This document shows positions 53,020 to 64,000 of a DNA stretch of 64,000 nt, in pieces (within the stretch, counting starts at the first letter, position 1; the number at the start of each line of letters is the position of its first letter). The DNA is from Octopus vulgaris. Its lineage: Eukaryota. The stretch covers positions 6,572,001 to 6,636,000 of the forward strand of contig OX597814.1 of assembly GCA_951406725.2 (NCBI GenBank), written 5' to 3'. The notes below the pieces were generated by a model, which was not told the origin of the DNA, did no database searches, and saw only the letters and a list, made by a program, of their open reading frames with translations. The position numbers and the translations under genes were made by a program.

Positions 53020-55494
53020 GCATGCACACACATCCTTCGCTGTGTGAATGTCATCTAAATGCCACATAAATGTTTGTACTTATGTATAATCTTCTTTACA
53101 CTGGAACAAATTGATATGATTAAGGCTTGAAGAGAATGAACAAAATATCATATACCTGTGCATCTAACCTTATTCTTCTTGCTGCCTCCCATAGTTTTTA
53201 TTATCTTTTAACTCTTAATGCCTCCCATAGATTGTATCCTTTAACTTTTATCGCCTTCCATAGTTTTTCATCTTTTAACCCTTATTGCCTCCCATACATC
53301 TTTTATCTCTCTTAACTGCTTTTCAGTCTTTCCTTTACTGCCATCTTTTGCTTTTTGGATTATCTGAATATGTCCAACTAAAATATGCTTTCAACACACC
53401 TGTATTCAATTCTGATGTGACTATGTGTGTATATGTATATATTCACACTCACACATGCATAAGTATGTGTTTCTGTGTATATATGTATGTATATGAACGT
53501 ACAGACACATGCAAAGTTGTACAGATTTTAAGGCTGGTTATTCAATATCAAAACAGCTTCGATTTATTTTGCATTTTCGTTTTTATTTTGCATTTTCGTT
53601 CTTATTTTTTTTGTTTGTTTGTTTATAAGCTACATTTTCATTGCCAAATGCTGATAAAAATTATACACCCAATGATATTATTTTGTAGATATCTTTTGGA
53701 TGACAACAACAACAACTCATTTCTGTGCCATGTGTGTCTCCCAGTGGCAAATTTGTGAAATAAAACATGGCAACTTTGTTTTAAAGAACAAAAATAAAGC
53801 ATAAAACATTTTGACCATTTCTGTTCACCTGAATTTCTTATATTGATCAGTTTTTACCCAATCATATGAGTAAAGATTGATGTCTTCCTTCAATTTTATT
53901 TCTCCATCCCTCCTCACTCACCTTCTCATTTACTTAGATATTTCTCTATAATCCTCTGTAATCCAATTTATAGATTACTCTATACAAATTAAGTTCTTAT
54001 AAATCTACAATTATTAAAATTATAATATTTCAGTTAAACAATTATCTTAATCTATATGGATATTTTTTTCCCTCCTCAACTCTTCTAACATTATATTAAG
54101 TCCTTCTGCACTTTAATATACATATTACATTGACTCACTGATTCGAAAAGCTGGCCAACACTTTCATTATATATTTATATAATCTTAAAATGAAGCTTCA
54201 TGAAAAGAGTCAAAGACTTGGGTTTTTTTCTTAAAAAAAAGAAAAAAAACCTCAGTAAATGTTTCAAGGTCTTGTTGAAACCACTGGAAACTCTAACCCC
54301 ATGTAAAGCAGATCAAATTATTGAATCTTGCATTCTAAATTTATGCCATCCCTTTGGAGTATATGGCTGAGTGATAACGAGTGGATGTCAGTGTGTGTGT
54401 TTGGATTTTTAACCTTTTACACCTTTGATTTTGGTGAAAAATCTACATCCGGAAACCTGTGTTTCTTAATAAATTACTTCTCTGTCAGTTTAAAATACCT
54501 TTTTTTTTTCCTTTTTTTTTTTTTTACAAAATGTCCTGGACAAACAGTTGTTGACGCCAGATTTTAGAGAAGGGGGAAAAAGCCATTTTTCATCTGGGGT
54601 TTAACTTTGTTGGAAAGCTGACTGGAATTAACCCAAGGCAGCTGGTTCCATAATAAAAGGGTGGGTAATACTGACTGTTGAGGTGATTGTGAAAGCTGCT
54701 GAGCTAATAAACTCCAGCTTTTCACTAAAATATTCACCCAATTGTTGTTTACTAATGTTTATAATAATTGTCAATACAAATGAACAAAAAAAAAATTGCT
54801 TTTTCTTTTTGATTTAAGTATCTTTTTTTCTTTTTTTTTTTCTTCTTTGTTTTAAATTTACTCTACCTGCCAAGGTTGTTGGGTAGAATAATAAATGAAA
54901 TGATGGAAAACATGAAAATGTTATAGGTTTCAAATATCTCTTGTTATCTAGCTACCAAAGTTTATATTGTTACAAGCTTCAAAATCAAAGAATTCAAACC
55001 CTTTTCCATAACATCATCTCTGCTAATTTACCAACTTCGTTTCTATTTTTTTTTTTTATTTCAATATTCTTTATTATGAAGCTTAAAATAAAGATCTGGT
55101 GATATATATATATATGTCTATGAAGTAAGGTGTTGCAAACATCTTTCTCTTACAATAACGTCCATTTTAGCACTGCCATTAACCAAGAAAATGTTTCCAA
55201 TCAACCAATTAATGGTTAGGATACCAATTATCATCAACCCAGCTACTTTGATACAGTTTCGGTGAGTATCTAAGCTTCTGGATTTCTGATTAGTCTTTAT
55301 CCCTTCTGTTAGTGTGCATATGTGTATATATAAAATGTGGTTAGTCAAAAGAATTTTCTTCTAACTAACCTTATTACAAATATACTATTCTGTACACTAT
55401 GGAAAATGTTTTATTCCTCCTATACATATATATTGGTAAAAACGATAAGATAACAAAAGAAAGAAAGAGACCTCAATATTATGTAAATAGAGGA

Positions 55495-55696
55495 ATTTAT
55501 CTGTAAATGTCATATGTGACAATTATTCGGTAGCCAAGATAAAACTCTGAGTTTCATATGCCGAGGTGGAAATCCACAGCGTTTTTCAGATGGCCAGATA
55601 ACCGAAGAGATGGTGGTGTGGATTTCCACCTCAGCATCCGAAACTCAGAGTTTTATCTTGGCTACCGAATAATTGTCACATATCTTACAGATAAAT
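55495..55696. repeat. Inverted repeat with a 44-bp perfect core in the putative 3' UTR
   Basis: atatgtgacaattattcggtagccaagataaaactctgagtttc (55512-55555) / reverse complement at 55640-55683. Confidence 0.92.
55597..55657 (+). ncRNA. Hammerhead-like motif in the putative 3' UTR (core U4 changed to C)
   Basis: gataa-CCGAAGA-gatg...catcc-GAAAC-TCAGA-GTT-ttatc, with stem I gataa/ttatc. Confidence 0.55.
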
Positions 55697-57134
55697 ATAT
55701 ATATATATATACACACACACATATATATATATATATATACACACACATACATTTATATATGTGTGTGGGATATATGTATATATTTGTGTATGTATGTAAA
55801 CGGAGGTTTATATATACATGGGGATAAACACACATACACATGTGCACATGTGTGCGTGTGTGTGTGTGTGTGTGTTATATAATTACTTTTGAGTGAGACT
55901 TCAAATTTCACCTAATGCTGGTAAACCACAAGTCTCAGTCAAAACTAATTTAATAAGAAATTTGACTCTACATTTCGTATTGAGTCTCAACCCCACCCCC
56001 CACAACTCAGTAAAAGTTCTGTTGTTATTCCTAAATGTATACATATATATGCATATGTGTATATTTATGTATATGTTTGTATATATATTGTGTGTGTATA
56101 TCTCGTTAGTTCCTGTGTACATTTCAATACATTGCATTAATTTGGAACTCAACATCAAAAGTTTCAAGTGTCTTTGCAAATGCATTTGGGTGCCTAATTG
56201 CAACAGATCTTTAGGGGAATGCAAGAAAGGGATCTTCTGATAATCCAAAGGCTCATCGAACAACCAAGGCTCCGTTTCAGTTCCCTGCAATGTTGAGACT
56301 GATGTAGGAACTCAATAACTGACACTTGTGTTTATCTAAGTTCTCCCACATTATATATATATATATGTGTGTGTGTGTAGGCGCAGGCATAGCTGTGTGG
56401 TTAGGGAGCTTGCTTCCTAGCTACATGGTTTCGGGTTCAATCCCACTGCGTGGCACTTTGGGTAGGTGTCTTCCACTATAGCCCCGAGCCAACCGGAGCT
56501 TTGTGATTGAATTCGGTAGGTGGAAGTTACTGCCGTGTGTGTATGTGTGTGTATAGCTGCTCAGTGCCTCTCCGAAAGAGAGAGAGGGATGTGTGTGAGT
56601 GTGTGTATATATGCATATACACTCTATATACCTTAACTAGTAATACTACTAAGTACAGTGGTAGACTAATCTTGATACTGGAAGATGACCGGATAATGAT
56701 ACTCCACATGGAGCTCCACCTCATATTACAGCAGTAGTCATGCATCTAACTGTGCACTCAAGATGTGTATATGTGTGTGAGTGTATATATGTGTGTGTGT
56801 ATGTGTACATGTTTTCACCTGTCTGTGTTTTTTGTATGTTTTTGGACCATATGTGTCTGTATGTATATATGTCTGTATCTATATGTATATACATATATGT
56901 ATACATCTATCTATATATAATGATGATGTTCATTAGTTCTTCCTTTGTGGCTGTGTGTCACTGTTGTTCAGGGAGTTGGATTAATTGTGTATAAGCCTTC
57001 TCCTCACTTTAAAAAGCACCATACATTGGTATCGTTTGGCATTAAGCGATAGCTATGTTCAAGAACAAGGAAGTAGCCATCATCTTTATATGTATGTGAT
57101 GATATATGACTATATACATGTTTGTGTGTGGGTA

Positions 57135-57165
<31 letters not shown>

Positions 57166-57931
57166 TATGTACATGTGGAAATGTGTGTGTGTGTGTGTGT
57201 GTGCATGCAGATATATTTCTGGCTATATGTATACATATATGTGAAAGGTATATGCATTTCTGAAATAATACTCTTCTCCTTCTCACTAAGAGCCCCTAGC
57301 CTTCCTTGGACATGGCCAGACCAACTTGGCAGCTAATTACTGCAGCAGAGAAACTTCACCAGAAATTATTAATAGGAATGGACAGAATTTGTAACTTAAC
57401 TTCTTCAATGTTACATCATGACTCACCTTGTGTGTGTGTGTGTGGGTGTGTGGGTGTATGTATAAGCATTTGTGCTGTACATGTGCGCGTGTGCATGTGT
57501 GTATGCCTACGAGAATGTGTGCATGTGTATGCAATACATTTATACAAAACTACAACTGAGCAAAGCCCAAGACATATCGTTGAAATATAAGGTACATTAA
57601 TATTCCTTTGGTTTTATTTTCACTTTTAATATGGAATCTCTTATTTTCGAAACCTTATTTTGTATTAAATTACTGTTTTAACTTGGTTTTTTTTTTTTTT
57701 TATTTTTTATTAAAGTTTGCTATAAGATCTAAAAATCAATACAAATTTATAAACTTACCCACTTTTCTATGGTTATTCTCATTTAGAATATAAACCATTG
57801 AAAATAAAAGTTGGCCAGTTTATTAAGGATTTTTGTTTAAAATTAATTATAATCATTGAACTTTTAGTTTAAGTGCTTTCTTTTATTTTGGATGTTGATT
57901 ACGATCCACATTTTGTATCCTGTTCTTATAC

Positions 57932-57937
57932 AATAAA
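57932..57937 (+). promoter_or_regulatory. Candidate distal polyadenylation signal AATAAA
   Basis: caataaaagc followed within 20-40 nt by GT/T-rich sequence (tcggtcttatttgtt). Several alternative AATAAA sites exist upstream. Confidence 0.35.
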
Positions 57938-58619
57938 AGCAATATTTGTTGAAATTCATAATCGGTCTTATTTGTTATGACTGCAAATTTTTAATTGAAG
58001 AAAGAATTGGATACAATTTGAATGACCTTCATTAAACCACATGTCTTTTGTTTTCTTTTTTTAATCTCTAACTCACCCTGGTTTGACTAGAATTTTGGTC
58101 TGTCCTAGCATTTATCTTGCTTTGTGTAGGTCCACTCATTGATGCCACCATAATATTGCTCCAGTCAAGTCTGTTCTGTATTAAATTATTGTCACAAGTA
58201 CATCTTTTGAGGACCCATCTCCCACTAGAATCTGGAATGGAATTTGAGCTCAAAGCACAAAATGTCAGACCAGATATTGGGAAGATTTCATTCAACAACT
58301 CCACCTATCTATTATACTGGGCCAATATTTTAGTGACCCAAAACAAAGTAACGTTGACTTAAGCAAAACTTGAACTCAGAGGACAAGAACAAACTACGTA
58401 AGACATTTTATCTAATGTTCTAACGAGTCATCCAATTATCCATTTTCATTCATCTCATTAAAATTATGGTGCTTATTTGGTATATTCCGCACCTCTCTCG
58501 TCTTACAACATTCTACATTAAATAAAGATGATGGTTTCAAATTTTGACACAAGGCCAGCAAATTTAGGGCAACAGGTAAGTTGATTACATCAACCTCAGA
58601 GGCACCTTGAGCAAGTGCC

Positions 58620-59028
58620 ATCTACCCATAAAATTATTAACCATCTTACAAACAATAACTCTGGGCACCTTTTCAAACTCCACCTGTCTAACACCTGTGG
58701 ATATGTTTACAAAGTCAGAAAACAGCACAGCTCCCATGACTTTCGAAAACATTTTTTCACACTAAGAGTTGCTGAAGTATGGAACAAACTGCCGGCATCA
58801 GTTGTTAGTTGTCGGAGCACTGCATCCTTCAAAACTTCCATGCTTCCTGAGATTCGCCAACACTACACCTGATTTTCTTCCCTCCATACACATGCAAGCA
58901 TGTATCTGACTCATACACTGTTCACTTCCCAGACATTTGTATATTACTGCATGTACTTTATATGCACTTTTGACAAGTTGTGGTGCACCTGAGCACTGTA
59001 TACAATAATTTCTTTATTATTATTATTA
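58620..59028 (+). mobile_element. CR1/L2-group LINE 3' end with (ATT)n tail
   Basis: RKHFFTLRVAEVWNKLPASVVSCRSTASFK is a typical terminal motif. It splits a CORE-type SINE (58600-58618, resuming at about 59033). Confidence 0.8.
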
Positions 59029-60059
59029 TATTTACTATAGCCTCAGGCCAACCAAAGCCTTGAGAGTGGATTTGGTAAACAGAAACTATGTCTGTCCCCC
59101 ACTACTACTTGAGGTGTGTTTATGTCCCCATAACTTAGTGGTTTGGCCAAAGTGACCAATAGAACAAGTACCTTGCTTAAAAAAGAAAATAAAAACTGGA
59201 GTTTATTCAACTAAAATCCTGCAAGGCTCCCGCATGGCCACAATCTAGTGACAGAAACAAAAGAATTAACAGGTTTAAAAAATCTCCATCTATTTACTCT
59301 AGAATCTGTCTGAGGAACGTACCTCACTTGAACTCTGCTGCATTAGTTCTATAACAAAATGTTTCAAAACTAAAATGTAGAATTTGGATTTGACAATACT
59401 CTGAATGCTAACCTGTTCATTTTTAAATAGGATGGGGAAAATATTTTCTTAGATAGTATAATGCCAGCAGTTCTAAGCAAAAGTTACAGTAAACACTTTG
59501 AAATACTAAAATAGATATTACAACTGCAGTTTTACTGTTATTCTTTAATTGCAAAGAACACCAGTGTCGCTTAGATTCAGGACTGAGAATTTTATTATTT
59601 TTTTCATTTTAATGTTCTGTTGAATTAAATCATCATCATCATCATCATCATTTAGCGTCCGTTTTCCATGCTAGCATGGGTTGGACGGTTCAACTGGGGT
59701 CTGGGGAGCCCGAAGGCTGCACCAGGCCAGTCAGATCTGGCAGTGTTTCTACAGCTGGATGCCCTTCCTAACGCCAACCACTCCGAGAGTGTAGTGGGTG
59801 ATTTTATGTGCCACCGACACAGGTGCCAGACGAGGCTGGCGAACGGCCACGCTCGGATGGTGTTTTTATGTGCCACCGACACAGGTGCCAGACGAGGCTG
59901 GCAGACGGCCACGCTCGGATGGTGTTTTTATGTGCCACCGACACAGGTGCCAGATGAGGCTGGCGGACGGCCACGATCGGATGGTGTTTGTTACGTCCCC
60001 CGATATTTAATAAGGTCAGATTAATGAATATTTTGTTTATTAAACAGAAGAATTTAATT

Positions 60060-61018
60060 AGATACTTGGTACTGTACTTGATACTGAACTTTGGTTAGAG
60101 ACTGTGAACAATAGAGTGCTGCAGCTCCACTCTTATTACATGAAACCCGTAACTTCAAAATATGTTCTTCACAAGAACTCAGCTTTGTCACACAACATAA
60201 AAATTAACATACTAATAGCAGACCTAGTTAGAATAATGAACAATGTGTCCCCACTATGTGAACCCTATGAAACGACAAAACATATACAGAACTTCATGCA
60301 CCGCATTCAGTTCTCTGGATATGATCAGAAAGATAGGGTTCGTGTATACAGGGGGAGGGGCTAGAAAGAAACTAGGTAACATACGTAATGATACCAGTAG
60401 TACCTGCCCTAGATATAGAAACAAAGAATGGAATAGGATACAAAGCACTTGTGACAAAGCAAACAGGACGAACACGTGGTATAAAACCGACAAATATCAA
60501 GGAGTGATGTTTGTAGGGGCCACAGCCCATGGAGAGCTAGCCCGTAGATTTAGAAAAGCTCTGAAGGAGACCAAACTCAACATTAAAATTGTTGAAAAAC
60601 CAGGGAACTCCGTCAGATCACAACCATGTAGGACGACGTATCCCTTTAAGAATACTATATGCACCAATGATAACTGCATGGTATGTAGGATTAGCCCTGG
60701 CATTAACTGTAGAACTCGAAATGTATTTACAGCATAGGATGCTTTGAAGGTGCCTATAAGGACATGGACATGACGTACATAGGGGAGACATCTAGGAGCA
60801 TAGCTGAAAGACTAAATGGACATTTGAGACAATATGACAACAAAAAACAGTCCTCCATACTCTACCAACATGCCAAAGACCACCATGGAGGTAACTTGGG
60901 TCAACTTGACATTCACATCTTTTCCAAGCACCCAAAAGACCCAACACTCAGACAAATACGGGAGTATGTCTTTATAAATGAAACCTCCCCAATACTAAAT
61001 AGGAAATATACACAGTAA
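60060..61018 (+). mobile_element. Penelope-like retroelement fragment: RT C-terminus, Cys-rich linker, GIY-YIG endonuclease (frameshifted; resembles the Naiad type)
   Basis: Consecutive ORFs give MKPVTSKYVLHKNSAL..RIQFSGYDQKDR, then VMFVGATAHGELARRF..IKIVEKPG..PFK..C..NCMVC..NCRTRNV, then YIGETSRSIAERLNGH..LYQHAKDHH..LRQIREYVFINETSPILNRK. Confidence 0.9.
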
Positions 61019-61833
61019 ATACCATACCTCCATACCCACAGTTTACATGGGTAGAGTAGAATAGTTAGTGGACTGTTAGGTAGATAAATGTATGTATGTG
61101 TGTGAGTGTGTGTGTATGCATTTTAAAAAAAATTTCTGTATGTAAGCATATAGATATGTAAATAAACAGATCAATATACAGACGGATAGGTACATAGGTT
61201 ACAAGAACAGACACATATAGAGACTCGGATACACACATAAAGATGCACAGCCATACATACAAACATGGTACATAGTCGCATAACACACACACACAAGGAG
61301 ACAGAGGTGCATACGTATACAAACACATACATAGAAAATACACAAACACGGACATGCAAGCACATAAATATGCAGGATACGTACATACATATGCACACAC
61401 ATACATACATACATACGTACATGCATGCATGCACACATACACACACTGACCCACACACATGCGCACAAACAAACAAAAAGGAACGCAGTGTAAATAACGG
61501 ACAGAGTCAAGACTATTGAAAATGTTGCCAGACACAACGAATATTTGAGGAAAATAAAAACAAGAAATAAGTGGAAATTTCACCGGTGAGTGTGTTACAT
61601 TATAAGGCACAAAAACAAAATGATTCTCCCTAGACACAACAGAATATGCTTCAACACACAAACTCACATAAAGAATCTTGCAAACCAAATCCAAAAACGA
61701 AATTTAATTAGGATTATTATGGAAATTAAAATTATATTATTAGAATATGAAATAAACAGTAAAATTGCATTTTAATATAAAATGACCTTGTCATTTAAAG
61801 GTCATTTTACCTATCTATCTCTCACTCTCTCCC

Positions 61834-61864
<31 letters not shown>

Positions 61865-64000
61865 CCATTGATGTTAAAAGCCACCGTTTATAGAATGAGG
61901 ATAACAACATAGCTTTCGCACCCGTGCAACCACCAGTCTATCGCGTGTGGTGGGTGGATCTTCAAGTTGCCACACGCATTCTTAGTAGCTTAGAGTAGGC
62001 TCAAATTAGAGATTATTCTTTGTGGCTAATAGCGTGAATCCTGATTGGAAGAAGAAGACAGCAGCATTAGGACTCCCAATGGCCAAAAAGCTGTCTAACT
62101 AGTAGCAGTTGCTGTGGAGATTTAGTTAAGTATTGCAGTAGTGTTAGTAGTAGTGATCTCCCTTCCTCTGCCACAGGTATTTGAACATTGTTGGTATTTT
62201 GTTATGAAGGATGTTTTGTTGATGCTTTGTTGTTGAGTTGTATTATCACTAAAGCACCATCCTAACATGGTAGTTGCCAGCGCCGCTTGACTGGCGTCCA
62301 TGTCGGTGGCACGTAAAAAGCACCAACCGATCATGGCCGTTTGCCAGCCTCATCTGGCCCCTGTGCCGGTGGCGCGTAAAAAGCACCCACTACACTGACG
62401 GAGTTGTTGGCGTTAGGAAGGGCATCCAGCTGTAGAAACACTGCCAGATCAGACTGGTGCAGCCTCCTGGCTTCCCAGACTCCAGTTGAACCGTCCAACC
62501 CATGCTAGCATGGAAAACGGATGTTAAACGATGATGATGATGATGATGATTATTATGGTGGCACATGACCCTACATATATTGCAAATTAAACTGCAAGAA
62601 CACAGTGTTCAGTAAATATAAAAACATGTGCAGGTATGAAACAACCAAACTCTGTAATTTTTTCTTGCATATAAAGTAACAAAGTCTCTTTCTTTCTAAT
62701 CAAATATCAGTTGGCTTTATTTTTGATAGTAAATGTGTTTGGTAAAATATAAACTGACAAAATTCAGAGATGACAGGTATAGCTTTCAGGAAATTACTTT
62801 AACATTTGCTACTGCCCTGCTAATGAAACACTGTATTGGTTACTTCTCTGACACAACTGTTTTGTTCTGTTGCCAAGAACTGCATAATTCACTTTGCCAC
62901 CCAGGCAGGACAATTTAAAAATCAAGAACATTCCAGTTCCACTTAAGGAAATCATTGTTTTGATTTCCTTTTGTAAAAAAAAAATGTGCTGAATGTAAGC
63001 CCTGATTTTAACCCTTTCTGATACGAGTTTAAAGAAAGCAACATAACCATTTAAGTGAATTAACTTAGATTTTAAAGGTCTGCTACTCAAAATAAATAGA
63101 TTTTTACTGTAATGGACGAATATTCTAGATTTCTTTTTGCTCTTCCATGTGTAGATATTCGTACCCCAGTCCAAATACGACCCTTTAGTGGACGACATTG
63201 AGTTAATTGAATCAACTATCCAGATCTGATATTCAAATGGTCATGTAAGTAATGTCTCTGTATGATTTAACACCTTGCAATGAGAGATCAAAAAGTACTC
63301 AACAGGACATTGAAAATCAAACGGTCAGTGATTGTCCAGCAGTCAGTGATTCTGAATCAAATTCCGTTCCACTTAAGCTTTCTTCAAATAACTCTTCTGA
63401 CCAAACCTGATGAATTTATCAGATCCAAATTCCATCAATTCTCCTGAAGCTATGGAGTTACTATTATGTCAGTCTCACTGTGAGAGATAACCTCCAGTTC
63501 AGCTTGACTTTTCATGTTCTGATAAATTCCTTCAAGGAATTCTCTCTCTCTCTTTGACTGGGAAGAATGATATGATTCAGTTGATTGTCCTCTATGAAAC
63601 TTTTTTATATTGGTGCCATATATGTCATGTGGTTATGATGTCATTCTAATATGGCAATATTAAGTGGAATTACTCCCAATGGTTCTTTCAAGAAGAATCT
63701 AACTCAAAGGTGGCGAGCTGGCAGATATGTTAGCACGCTGGGTTCAAATTCTGCCATTGTCGACTTCGCCTTTCATAATGGGGTCGATAAATTAAGTGCC
63801 AGTTGCATACTGGGGGTCAATCTAATCGACTAGCCCCCTCCCCCAAAATTTCGGGTCTTATGCCTAGAGTAGAAAAGAAGAATCTAACTCAAGGTCTTAT
63901 ATTGGCATAAGGAAGACTTATTCTGGTTGTTAACTGTAGTTAGGGAACTTGGGATATATAATCCAGGTATTTCCCTCACAAAGCACTTCTATGGATTTAA

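Larger units (their letters stand above)
49997..57960 (+). other. Putative long MCU 3' UTR (end uncertain)
   Basis: Follows the stop codon. U-rich and almost free of SINE/LINE copies until about 55400. Candidate AATAAA signals near 53758, 53793, 57803 and 57932. Confidence 0.45.
1518..62550. repeat. Dispersed RTE-tail family, about 27 copies in both orientations (span of the family, not one element)
   Basis: Shared ccatgctagcatgg...ggatgcccttcctaacgccaaccac core. Approximate starts: 1518-, 4170-, 5495+, 5977+, 7390-, 9118+, 10879-, 12774-, 13770+, 15464+, 17752+, 21356-, 22962-, 23181-, 26504-, 28022+, 30906-, 34293-, 35711-, 37640+, 39845-, 46006-, 47360-, 48238-, 59630-, 62254+. Confidence 0.9.

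Noticed and set aside
58068-58362. Overlapping 78-aa and 81-aa ORFs as the end of a neighbouring gene
   Set aside because: No recognisable domain or splice context.
63150-63600. Ser/Asp/Asn-rich coding-like stretch (TQQDIENQTVSDCPAVSDSESN)
   Set aside because: Interrupted by stops and no family motif; perhaps a decayed transposon.

Overview
AT-rich, repeat-dense animal genomic DNA. The repeat complement (tRNA-headed SINEs, RTE-LINE tails ending in (GAT)n, Penelope-like fragments, many (TA)n/(CA)n tracts) suggests an octopod cephalopod; this is an inference. The only host gene I can support is the 3' half of the mitochondrial calcium uniporter (MCU) on the + strand: exons 24892-25055, 44465-44668 (both TM helices and the WDIMEP filter) and 49799-49996 (stop). 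A probably long 3' UTR follows, and the upstream exons lie outside the window. The most striking unannotated content is about a dozen minimal type-I hammerhead-ribozyme motifs from several unrelated families, one of them on the tail of a tRNA-headed SINE. There are also about 10 long fold-back inverted repeats, and several of these place a hammerhead against its own antisense copy within the MCU transcription unit. Almost all ORFs in the supplied track are microsatellite or transposon artefacts. Repeat boundaries were read by eye and are approximate; no database searches were run.
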